From UHGV virus genome UHGV-1366603: 64,000 nt of DNA; one strand, given 5' to 3'. Positions within the stretch are counted from its first letter, which is position 1, and each line of letters starts with the position of its first letter. The position numbers were made by a program, and so were the translations under genes. Under the pieces are notes generated by a model that saw nothing but the letters and a program-made list of their open reading frames with translations, was not told the origin of the DNA and did no database searches. Origin of the DNA: a virus. Of this stretch, positions 55,681-64,000 are shown piece by piece.

Positions 55681-56211
55681 GTGATAGCACGACTTGTGAG
55701 TTGGTTTAAGCAATGTCGTGCAAAGGCGGTCGAATGGCCGCCTATTACGCATGACGAGAAAGTGGCTCTTTTTTTGAGATATAACAAAGACTTGAAGAGA
55801 TTAGGTGGATTAATGCGCTTAACGGAACGTCAGGTTTTTGCTAAGATTTCGAGCAGCGAGTTGCGTAAAGAAGTAATTCCACACCTATCCTTTTTAGGGC
55901 AGGTTTATGCAATTACGACAGAGGAATTTTTATCAACCCAAGGTAGCGAACGGCCACATATTCGGTTTTCCGTCGTAGGTGAACCTGATACGGTAGGTGA
56001 AATCGATTTTAAGATGCTGTATCGCAGAATAAAAGATGATGGGTTTATACATGTTAAACGATTATCAGAAACTTCTGTGGTGATTTATCATCGCACTGAT
56101 CAGGATTTGTTAGGGTGCGTTATAAGGCTAACAAATTTACGTAGTTTTTACGTTGATTTACTTACAGACTTTTATCCGGAACCTTGGTGTTTTATAGATG
56201 AAAATAAATGA
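55681..56211 (+). CDS. hypothetical protein (176 aa)
   Basis: Apparent GTG start after GAGGA RBS. Confidence 0.6.
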   Translation: MIARLVSWFKQCRAKAVEWPPITHDEKVALFLRYNKDLKRLGGLMRLTERQVFAKISSSELRKEVIPHLSFLGQVYAITTEEFLSTQGSERPHIRFSVVGEPDTVGEIDFKMLYRRIKDDGFIHVKRLSETSVVIYHRTDQDLLGCVIRLTNLRSFYVDLLTDFYPEPWCFIDENK

Positions 56212-56410
56212 CGGATATATCATTTCAGCAATCGTTTCAACTGCGTTGATTGTAGCGATGTTGATGTTCTACGTTAAGACGTCTGACGAATCACGTAGAG
56301 ACTCCCTTTATCGTGAATGTATGTCAGGCACTACTGTAGATAATCCACGCTACGCTGAATTAGTAATGGCGTGTACGGAATACGCTAATCGAATGGGAGG
56401 AGGGAAATGA
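56198..56410 (+). CDS. small membrane-anchored protein (70 aa), paralog of next gene
   Basis: N-terminal hydrophobic helix; LYREC…AELVMAC motif shared with 56407 gene. Confidence 0.6.
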   Translation: MKINDGYIISAIVSTALIVAMLMFYVKTSDESRRDSLYRECMSGTTVDNPRYAELVMACTEYANRMGGGK

Positions 56411-56604
56411 AAATTTGGTTGCCGATTCTAGTTTTTATCGTTATTGCAGGGGCACTCGCAAGTGCTGAGTTAGATAGCCGTACTTTAGAAACGAAACGTG
56501 AATTGTACCAGGACTGTATAAAGGATTACACACCGGGTACAGAGCTTCATGCACAGGCTGTAAAAAGCTGTGCGTTGATGGCTGAATCGCAGACTCGCTC
56601 CTAA
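56407..56604 (+). CDS. small signal-peptide/membrane-anchored protein (65 aa), paralog of previous gene
   Basis: GGAGGG RBS; MKIWLPILVFIVIAGALASA; LYQDC…AQAVKSC motif. Confidence 0.65.
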   Translation: MKIWLPILVFIVIAGALASAELDSRTLETKRELYQDCIKDYTPGTELHAQAVKSCALMAESQTRS

Positions 56605-56978
56605 TGCGTATCTGGACGCTACAACTCGCTAAGTGGCGGTTAGCTAAGCAGAAAGGATTTCACGCAGTGGATATCACTGTGAAGTCAGGTCGAAAGGAAC
56701 TCGCCCCCGACTGGGATTTCCTAATGGCGTATAAATCTTCTGCCAAGGACGCTGCCGCTGAACGTGAGTACACGATAAAGTATTTGTACAAACTCGAACG
56801 ACTGTTAGATACTGATGCCGAAGTTTTAGTGTCATTACTCAGACACGATGACTTGGTTTTGATGTGTTACTGTCCCGTAGGTAAGTTTTGTCATCGTCAC
56901 CTACTGGCGAACAAACTTCAAGAAGTAGGAATGATGTTCGGTATCGACGTTGCGTTGTGTGGAGAATTAACCGAATGA
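56604..56978 (+). CDS. DUF488-like protein (124 aa)
   Basis: LVLMCYCPVGKFCHRHLLA resembles the conserved C.C…CHR motif of DUF488/YeaO-type proteins (from memory). Confidence 0.5.
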   Translation: MRIWTLQLAKWRLAKQKGFHAVDITVKSGRKELAPDWDFLMAYKSSAKDAAAEREYTIKYLYKLERLLDTDAEVLVSLLRHDDLVLMCYCPVGKFCHRHLLANKLQEVGMMFGIDVALCGELTE

Positions 56979-57039
56979 AAAATTTTATCAAAACCTTCCG
57001 AAAATCACCAATCGTTCTTGATTTTTAGGTACAGAATAG

Positions 57040-57088
57040 TCTCCTACCGCCCGATTCTATGGGCGGTAGGTGTTTTATTTTTTTTTGA
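57040..57088 (+). terminator. intrinsic terminator
   Basis: CCTACCGCCC-GATTCTAT-GGGCGGTAGG followed by T-run. Confidence 0.9.
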
Positions 57089-57102
57089 TCTTGGAGGGTT
57101 AA

Positions 57103-57666
57103 GTGGCCACATCTTACGTACCTGATTTGAGTCTGACCTCAGCAGAGCTAGTGGTCGCTTTAATCAATCATGATAACGGGTTACAGCTTACGCTAAACGA
57201 AATACGTATTAGTGGAACTGTAACAAACCCATCCCCAACAACTTCGCGTCGTAACACTATCACTGAAATCAGTAAAATCAGAAAACCGGATGGTGCGTCT
57301 GTTGTGGTTTATTACGACAGACTCGACGCAGATGAAGTATTAACGTATGAACCCATTCTGATTTCGTTAGACGGTACTGAAGACAACGTTCGTGACATTC
57401 TTAGTGTTGTAAATGAATTCTGCGGAACGAACTTACAACCCGAGGATTTACGTGCTTCAGATATCACTTTAGGTAACGATCCCATTTCCGTTAACGTTGC
57501 TGACGATTCTCCTGCCTGGATGAATGCGTTTATGGTGACGTTATTTGATAAAACCGAACGTGCGTTAGCGAACGAAGAAGATGAAATCTTCTGCATCGGT
57601 GACGATAGCGTTCTTACATTCGAGGTTACAGATGGCGACAGCACTGAAGAAGACGAGACTCCATGA
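57103..57666 (+). CDS. hypothetical acidic protein (187 aa), first gene of tail fibre module
   Basis: Apparent GTG start after GGAGGG RBS. Confidence 0.65.
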   Translation: MATSYVPDLSLTSAELVVALINHDNGLQLTLNEIRISGTVTNPSPTTSRRNTITEISKIRKPDGASVVVYYDRLDADEVLTYEPILISLDGTEDNVRDILSVVNEFCGTNLQPEDLRASDITLGNDPISVNVADDSPAWMNAFMVTLFDKTERALANEEDEIFCIGDDSVLTFEVTDGDSTEEDETP

Positions 57667-58093
57667 GCTCGAAAGCTACGCAGGCACACCGCAGGGTGGG
57701 GTACTGCTGTATAGCAAAGACAATAAAGAATATAAAATTGATGTTGATAAGTTAGCCCCGGTTGCGACAGTCACAACGGTTAACGGTGCGAATAATGCAG
57801 CCACGCTGGATTTCAATACCAGCACTGACATTATTCTGGTGTTAAACGATCCCACCACTACAGTGAAGTTCGCAGCCCTTACCAACGTTGCGGAAAATAC
57901 CCGTTTCGAAGTAATGCTAACGTTTAAGCAAGGAACGGGGGCGAATAAAGTAACCTGGCCTGAAAACGTTAAGTGGCCTCACGGTGCACAACCGGTTTTA
58001 TCCTACGCGGCAAATGCGGAGGACACTCTGTCGCTTTATACCCTTGATGGGGGTGCCACCTGGAAAGGTTCTCTTCTTGCAGCGGGTTACTAA
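57632..58093 (+). CDS. tail fibre N-terminal anchor-domain protein (153 aa)
   Basis: Start set at MATALKKTRLHELESYAGTPQGGVLLYSKDNKEYKIDV, which parallels the N-terminus of the 61177 fibre; GAGG RBS. Confidence 0.6.
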   Translation: MATALKKTRLHELESYAGTPQGGVLLYSKDNKEYKIDVDKLAPVATVTTVNGANNAATLDFNTSTDIILVLNDPTTTVKFAALTNVAENTRFEVMLTFKQGTGANKVTWPENVKWPHGAQPVLSYAANAEDTLSLYTLDGGATWKGSLLAAGY

Positions 58094-61000
58094 ATGAGAA
58101 AACATTTTCAGCGTCACGCGATTAGCTACGCGTTATCGTTAGCTTACGGACACCAATCCTTCGTTACCCGGAATACGGGAACGACTCACGACGCGCACAA
58201 CGAACACTATATTCAAAACGAAGAAGGTGTTCTGTCGAATAACCGTCATTTCATTGCTGACACTATGGCGGAATACCAACCGAACGGGGACGCGACGACC
58301 GAGGGTCAGTCGTTACACGTTATTGGTTACTGCCACATGTATATCGCAACGAAAGACGAAAGATGGTTAGATGCGGCGAAACACGCCTGGGATGCGTACA
58401 ACACGTACTTCTACGTCGGACAACCTATTCCGACCACACCCCAGCGTCGGATTTGTAACTGGTTGGTAAACGGGAAAGAACCGGTATTAGCACATTACCC
58501 AATACACCCTACAGAACCTACCCAAGGTGGGTATAAAAGCGTCCCTGTAAGGTTTACAAACGGACAGTGTAAAATACCGCATGGTGCACCGTTCTGGGGA
58601 GAGTATTTGGATACCTTTACGTTTGCGCATCGTGGTCACCCTGCCTGGGAAGCCATTAACGCAGACGTACAGATTATTAAGGAAGACAAAGAAGGGTCAA
58701 TTAATTGGGAAGACGTTTTAACTCACGTTATTACCAATCCTGATAAACCCTACGAGGCCAAAGCCTGGGTTGATTGGCCTACGTTATTAAACAACGCTAC
58801 AGGGTACACCCCGCTTTGGGGTGGCAGTGCAACAAAAGCCCCTAAACACGACGTTGACTGGATAATTGCCTGGACAGGTAACAAAATCCAGGATAGTGAG
58901 ATTATTGAGACAGGATTAGCAGACGCTGATAAAGGTACCGTACAGTTAAAAGACACGCAGTTAAACGGTGTCTATTTGATTAACTACGCGGTAAAACTGC
59001 CTGTCGAACACGGGGGTTACGAGTTTAAACGTAACGAACCGTGGCACAACCGTCCAGTTCACACGCCGTTCTTAGGATCGAAAAACCAATACGGTAACGC
59101 CGCTGATGCTGAACTGTGGTTTATTGACGCCTGTTATTTGCTGTGGCGAATCACGGGTGAAGAGAAATACAAACAAGCATTAGACTGTGCTTTCTACACA
59201 GCACACGAGTACACGTATATTGATGCGGTAGATAAATTCTTCCGTCGTTCTACCGCTGCGGAAACACCGTTTACGGATGGTATTTCGTACGACTTCAATT
59301 ACCCGGACACCGTAAGTGCTACCTACGGCCGTGATGAGAATGGGGATATTACCATCCATGTGCCTGAAGCGGCACAACACTTTATGGAGCAGAAAGCGGT
59401 TCGATTCAGGATTAACAAAGACTCCAAACTACGTGTCACGTACGGCGGGGTTTGTAAGAACGGTGATCCTGTCTACTGTAAAGCAATGGTAAACATTAAC
59501 CCTGTGAAAGCCGACACCGAGGAAGTAAACTGGTACGGCTTAACCTTACCTCAGTCTACGGTAAATACCGTTAAGCAGTACGATATTGACTTAGGCCAAC
59601 TTGCCCGTATCACCACCCCAGAAGGAGAAGACTACCTGATAGCCGACGCCCGTGCGTGTTCGGACTATGGTGGTTGTACGTGGGAAGAACGTTTTGAGAA
59701 CAGCATTTACGACGGTCGCGCGGGTACCGTTATAGAAGCTGAATTTCCTGATGACGGTGCCGGGTTTATTATCGGGTTCTGGTTAACCGCTGAAGAGAAG
59801 GTAAAACCGGTTTCTATTGTCTACCGTGCGGACGCAGATTTTAACCTGCGTTTAGTCGACAGTGATAACTGGCGTTGGTGGTGGATGTTACCCAACACAA
59901 ACAACGAATGGCGTCAGGTAACGTTGAATCCGGATGATGCCACACTTTCCGGTTATCAGCCAGACCACACAGACGACGACCCTAAACCGGCAGCACCGAA
60001 TTTCGATAAGGTGGATCAGGTCACGATTCTCCCTGACTCTACGGTTGACCATGCACATTTTGCCTACTATTGTGTTAACGATGTTCCACCGCTCTTTAAT
60101 AAAGACGACGGTTATATTCTCACCTTCCGTATTGGGTTACGCGGCGGTGGAGAGTATGATGCGAAGGTCGGCGACTGTACGATCAAAGATTACCGATTGG
60201 ATTCGTTAGCGTATTGTCCGGGTACGATACCGTTCTCGAACAACTATTCAGAAGGTTCAGAACAGTTAGGTGCCTGGCACGGGATGCCTTATCCGGGTTA
60301 TCAGTATCCGTTTATGTACACTATCCACAAAGACGACCGGTATAAGCTGTGGTTAGATAACCAGATTCAATTCTTGTACGATTCGCAGTTGGCTTACCAA
60401 CGGCAACTCGGTGAATTAGGGCCCGGTTGTGCAGCGTATATCTGGAACCGTTGGGACAACTACAGCTACGGAGAAGCAGATACCTGGACAACGTTCCATT
60501 GGGGCGACGACCATCCGTGGGCAGGGTATCAACCTCGTGCGTTTCATGCTGCGTGTCGGTGCTGGTACGAACTGAAACTAAGAGGTAAAGAGATTCCTGA
60601 GGCGTTAACAAGCTATATTGAAAACTGGGTGAATTGGCTAGGTGGGTTTGTGGATCGGTTTAACGGACACACCCCTAACGAGTTCCCTACAGCACCTGAT
60701 AAACCCGTTTGGGTGGAAGATGACTTCACCGCACATATGTGTGCGTTGTGGTTAGCAGGCTGTTGTTGGGCATTACTCGCTGGTGCAACTAATCCGAACT
60801 ACGATAAGGTAGTTAATGCGGCAATTAAGGAGTTAGGTGAAGGGTTTACGATTACCTCAATTCCGAATAAGCCGATTAACGGGGCGTGGTCTCCAGCCGC
60901 TCGAGAGTCTTCCGATAACGGAATGGCTTTTGGGTTCTACAGTGGGGAAGCGTTCCGTGCGTTAGGTCTCTACGTTACTTACAAAACCTACGGAGCCAAC

Positions 61001-61099
61001 GCTAATATTTATCGTGACTTAGCGATTGCTGACCACAGTCAAGCGGTCTTAGACGTTACGTTAACGATAGAAGACGATGCATTAAAACCAGAGCAATAA
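58094..61099 (+). CDS. large tail spike/fibre-associated protein (1001 aa), possible polysaccharide-degrading domain
   Basis: ORF starting directly after anchor-domain gene; large aromatic-rich protein next to tail fibre. Confidence 0.75.
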   Translation: MRKHFQRHAISYALSLAYGHQSFVTRNTGTTHDAHNEHYIQNEEGVLSNNRHFIADTMAEYQPNGDATTEGQSLHVIGYCHMYIATKDERWLDAAKHAWDAYNTYFYVGQPIPTTPQRRICNWLVNGKEPVLAHYPIHPTEPTQGGYKSVPVRFTNGQCKIPHGAPFWGEYLDTFTFAHRGHPAWEAINADVQIIKEDKEGSINWEDVLTHVITNPDKPYEAKAWVDWPTLLNNATGYTPLWGGSATKAPKHDVDWIIAWTGNKIQDSEIIETGLADADKGTVQLKDTQLNGVYLINYAVKLPVEHGGYEFKRNEPWHNRPVHTPFLGSKNQYGNAADAELWFIDACYLLWRITGEEKYKQALDCAFYTAHEYTYIDAVDKFFRRSTAAETPFTDGISYDFNYPDTVSATYGRDENGDITIHVPEAAQHFMEQKAVRFRINKDSKLRVTYGGVCKNGDPVYCKAMVNINPVKADTEEVNWYGLTLPQSTVNTVKQYDIDLGQLARITTPEGEDYLIADARACSDYGGCTWEERFENSIYDGRAGTVIEAEFPDDGAGFIIGFWLTAEEKVKPVSIVYRADADFNLRLVDSDNWRWWWMLPNTNNEWRQVTLNPDDATLSGYQPDHTDDDPKPAAPNFDKVDQVTILPDSTVDHAHFAYYCVNDVPPLFNKDDGYILTFRIGLRGGGEYDAKVGDCTIKDYRLDSLAYCPGTIPFSNNYSEGSEQLGAWHGMPYPGYQYPFMYTIHKDDRYKLWLDNQIQFLYDSQLAYQRQLGELGPGCAAYIWNRWDNYSYGEADTWTTFHWGDDHPWAGYQPRAFHAACRCWYELKLRGKEIPEALTSYIENWVNWLGGFVDRFNGHTPNEFPTAPDKPVWVEDDFTAHMCALWLAGCCWALLAGATNPNYDKVVNAAIKELGEGFTITSIPNKPINGAWSPAARESSDNGMAFGFYSGEAFRALGLYVTYKTYGANANIYRDLAIADHSQAVLDVTLTIEDDALKPEQ

Positions 61100-61121
61100 T
61101 AACCCGCTTATAAAAAATATT

Positions 61122-61150
61122 GGGGGGGGGTAAGCTACTCCCCCGATCTT
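61122..61150 (+). other. G9 homopolymer tract plus weak hairpin (possible weak terminator)
   Basis: TGGGGGGGGG TAAGCTACT CCCCC then GATCTTT. Confidence 0.3.
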
Positions 61151-61176
61151 TAGCTCCCGATAGAGAACTTAATATC

Positions 61177-64000
61177 ATGGCGAAAGCGGTAAAGAAAATA
61201 CGATTGCATAATCTTAGGCCGTATACCGGTGATATCGGTGAAGGCGTTTTACTTTTCTCCAAGGATGAGAAAGATTATAAGTTACCAGTCCGTGAGGTTA
61301 TTGCAGATATTGACACCGTACGTAATGCGGTGGCTGATGCACAAACAGCAGCAGCGCAATCACAAGAAGCTGCAACTCAGGCTACACAAGCAAAGAATTT
61401 AGCAGAAACAGCAAAACAACAAACTGACACCGTTGCGGCTACGGTTGCTCAACAAGCACAAACCGTAACAGAAAAAGCAACGGAAGTCGGTACAAAACAC
61501 ACTGAAGTGTTAGCCGCGAAAACGGCGGTAGATACCCAGGTTGTGTCCGTTAATGAGAAAGCGCAAGCGGTAGCGGCAAGTGAGGCCAACGTCACGCAAG
61601 CAGAGACTACTGTTACGAAGAAAGCAGAAGCCGTTGCGACACAAGCCGGTCAAGTTGAACAGTCTCTTACGGCAGTTAACGAAGCTGTCGCGTCGGTAGA
61701 GTCGTCAAAAGCCTCTGTAGAAGCTACAGCAACGCAAGTTACCTCGGACAAAGAAACCGCAGAGAATGCGGCAACCCGTTCTGAGGCAGCCGCTAAGCGA
61801 GCAGAAGAAATTGTTGCACAAGGTACTGTTGATGCAACAACGTCCAGTAAAGGTATCGTTAAACTTAATAATACCTTAACCAGTGACTCGGTTACTGAAG
61901 CTGCTACTCCGTCAACGGTTAAGCAGTTAAATGATGATTTGCAGTTAAAAGCAAACCGTCACAACCCAACCTTTACCGGTACGGTAAAAGCACCAACCCC
62001 TGCTGCGGATTCTAACGACACGAGTGTCTCAACGACTGCATGGGTACGACAAGCGATTGCTGAATTAGTGGACTCTTCTCCCGAGACGTTAGATACGTTA
62101 TCAGAAATTGCAGCCGCGTTAGGAAACGATCCTAACTTTGCGACAACGATAACGAATCAGCTCGCGGGTAAACAGCCGTTAAGTCCGTTACTGACAGCGA
62201 TTGCCGCAGTCACCACCGCTGCAAACAAACTCCCTTACTTTACCGGTAGTAATCAGGTAGGGTTAGCGGATTTCACCTCGACCGCACGCGATTTATTAGC
62301 AAAAGGGTCGACGGCCGATATCATTAGCTTCCTGGGTTTGAAAACTACCGTCGATAAAGCTGCGGGGGCGATGCAGCGCAATTCTAATGGTGCAGATATT
62401 CCTGACAAAGCCACCTTCGCGAAGAATATTGGATTGTCAGCAGAGACGTATCTGAAGTTTAATGGGGAGATGGCAGTAGATGCAGATATCAACACCTTCG
62501 GCCCAGTCGAAGCGTTTATGGGTGTTTGGTCTAAAGCCACGTCTACGAATGCAACAATTGCAAAGAACTTCCCGGAAGATGATGCAGTTGGTTACTTAGA
62601 AGTATTCAAAGCAGGTAACTACAGCGGAAGTCAACGTTTTACCATACGTAACGGTAACGTCTATACTCGTCGTTTAACAGGAACCTGGAACGGTACTAAC
62701 GGCCCTTGGTCACCCTGGAGAATGACAACCACCGCGAACCGTCCGCTCTCTACCACTATTGACCTTAACACCTTAGGTGGTGTTGAACACATGGGTCAGT
62801 GGCGTAACTCCAGTTCTTCTCTTGCGACGTTCGATCGTCATTATCCCGAAGAAGGTGGTAATGCTCAAGGTGTGTTAGAAGTAATGGAAGGTGGTCTCTA
62901 CGGACGTATGCAACGTTACACCACTCGTCGTGGTACGATGTATATCCGTGGGTTGACTGCGACTTGGGATGCGTCTAATCCGCAGTGGGAAGACTGGATT
63001 CAAGTTGGGTATCAGGTAGACGGTGCCTACTATAAGGGTAGCTTTAATAACTTAACTAAACCCGGTCGTTTTAGTGTTACCGGTGAGGCTACTGACGGAC
63101 CGTTAACAGGGCCTTCTGGTGAAACTTTGTTAGGTGTCTGTGAAGTCACCCTGCGCTTAGACGGTGTAGGTGTCGAACAAAATTACACCACTTACGGTAC
63201 AGGTGCTATTTATAAAGGTCGTAAGTTCCATCGTATCCGTACGGGGAATGTCTGGAGCGAGTGGCGTGAAGTTTATACGTCTAGTTCATTAGCGATGCTT
63301 TTAGGAATCGGTGGAGTTGCAGCTAAGGTCGATCCGTTGGACTGGCAAACCTACGACTTCGTTCCTGGACAGATGTTAACGACACCGTTGAACACCATGA
63401 AAAACATTCCTGCGGGAATGGATTGGGGTGTGATCAACGGTAACTTAGTTAACATCCTTGTAGGTCCGTCTGACGACACTGGTACCGGCCGCAGTATGCT
63501 GGTTTGGCGTAGCACGGTGTCTACTGCCAACTATCGCTTCTTTGCGGTACGTATCGCCGGTGAGAAGGGTAGTCGTACGATTACACCACGCCAGATGCCT
63601 GTATTGAACGCAGCGCACACCTGGGCAGAGAAACAGACCTTTGCAAAAGGGTTAGCAGGTGAGTTAACAGGCAATGCTTCAACCGCCACTAAATTAAAGA
63701 CGGCACGTAGAATTGGTGGGGTCGCCTTCGACGGTAGCGGCGATGTTAACCTCCCAGGTGTTAACCAACAAGGTAATCAAAACACCACGGGTAACGCCGC
63801 GACAGCCACTAAACTTCAAACTGCCAGAAATATTAACGGTGTGAGATTCGATGGTTCTGCTGACATCAATATCAACACCCTGGTGGGTCGTGGTCGGGTT
63901 ACCGCTCTAACCGGTTCAAACAAAGGTACACCTGGTATTCAAATGTACGAAGTTTACAATAACGGTTATCCAACCGCTTATGGTAACTTACTGCATTTGG
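61177..64000 (+). CDS. tail fibre protein, 3'-truncated at window edge
   Basis: Not in ORF track (no stop in window); Ala/Thr/Gln-rich coiled-coil, SSKGIVKLNN…ATPSTVKQLND and NPTFTGTVKAPTPAADSNDTSVSTTAWVRQAI tail-fibre motifs, two tail-fibre repeats near 63673-63870. Confidence 0.85.
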   Translation, partial: MAKAVKKIRLHNLRPYTGDIGEGVLLFSKDEKDYKLPVREVIADIDTVRNAVADAQTAAAQSQEAATQATQAKNLAETAKQQTDTVAATVAQQAQTVTEKATEVGTKHTEVLAAKTAVDTQVVSVNEKAQAVAASEANVTQAETTVTKKAEAVATQAGQVEQSLTAVNEAVASVESSKASVEATATQVTSDKETAENAATRSEAAAKRAEEIVAQGTVDATTSSKGIVKLNNTLTSDSVTEAATPSTVKQLNDDLQLKANRHNPTFTGTVKAPTPAADSNDTSVSTTAWVRQAIAELVDSSPETLDTLSEIAAALGNDPNFATTITNQLAGKQPLSPLLTAIAAVTTAANKLPYFTGSNQVGLADFTSTARDLLAKGSTADIISFLGLKTTVDKAAGAMQRNSNGADIPDKATFAKNIGLSAETYLKFNGEMAVDADINTFGPVEAFMGVWSKATSTNATIAKNFPEDDAVGYLEVFKAGNYSGSQRFTIRNGNVYTRRLTGTWNGTNGPWSPWRMTTTANRPLSTTIDLNTLGGVEHMGQWRNSSSSLATFDRHYPEEGGNAQGVLEVMEGGLYGRMQRYTTRRGTMYIRGLTATWDASNPQWEDWIQVGYQVDGAYYKGSFNNLTKPGRFSVTGEATDGPLTGPSGETLLGVCEVTLRLDGVGVEQNYTTYGTGAIYKGRKFHRIRTGNVWSEWREVYTSSSLAMLLGIGGVAAKVDPLDWQTYDFVPGQMLTTPLNTMKNIPAGMDWGVINGNLVNILVGPSDDTGTGRSMLVWRSTVSTANYRFFAVRIAGEKGSRTITPRQMPVLNAAHTWAEKQTFAKGLAGELTGNASTATKLKTARRIGGVAFDGSGDVNLPGVNQQGNQNTTGNAATATKLQTARNINGVRFDGSADININTLVGRGRVTALTGSNKGTPGIQMYEVYNNGYPTAYGNLLHL
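63673..63870 (+). repeat. two tandem phage tail-fibre repeats (protein level)
   Basis: NASTATKLKTARRIGGVAFDGSGDVNL and NAATATKLQTARNINGVRFDGSADINI. Confidence 0.7.

Noticed and set aside
1-64000. CRISPR array, integrase/attachment site, transposase or IS element
   Set aside because: No direct-repeat/spacer periodicity, no tyrosine or serine recombinase motifs, and no terminal inverted repeats flanking a transposase-like ORF were seen.

Overview
This window reads as a densely packed, almost entirely plus-strand segment of a large virulent tailed phage of an enterobacterial host; no rRNA, tRNA, CRISPR array, integrase or transposase was found. Evidence for phage origin: about 73 tightly spaced or overlapping CDS (ATGA/TAATG junctions), more than 20 intrinsic terminators (mostly UUCG-tetraloop hairpins with T-runs), a tail-fibre gene with phage tail-fibre repeats, and recognisable DHFR, Dam methyltransferase and thymidylate-kinase-like genes. 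A recurring AT-rich promoter-like motif containing (T/G)ATATTAC resembles, from memory, the early-promoter consensus of phiKZ-like jumbo phages, and a 761-aa highly codon-optimised structural protein fits the size of their major capsid protein; this lineage call is inference, not a database result. Rough layout: 1-39.7 kb is mainly large structural or morphogenesis genes, including three minus-strand genes in tight divergent pairs, tandem paralogous abundant proteins at 9.6-12.2 kb and the 761-aa protein at 24.5-26.8 kb. 39.8-57.0 kb is an accessory block of about 30 small genes (three GNAT acetyltransferases, a SLOG/DprA-like protein, an HslV-like Ntn-hydrolase candidate, an HTH regulator, Dam, a thymidylate-kinase-like protein, an acidic candidate DNA mimic, a secreted protein, a DUF488-like protein and small membrane proteins). 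57.1-64.0 kb is a tail fibre/spike module. The most interesting candidates for undescribed biology are the stand-alone HslV-like peptidase with its coupled partner, the accessory block as a host-takeover or anti-defence island, and a duplicated promoter-leader cassette with a GTGAGA half-site and perfect palindrome that may form a regulon with the HTH protein. All functional calls come from motif recognition by eye and need homology or structure searches to confirm.
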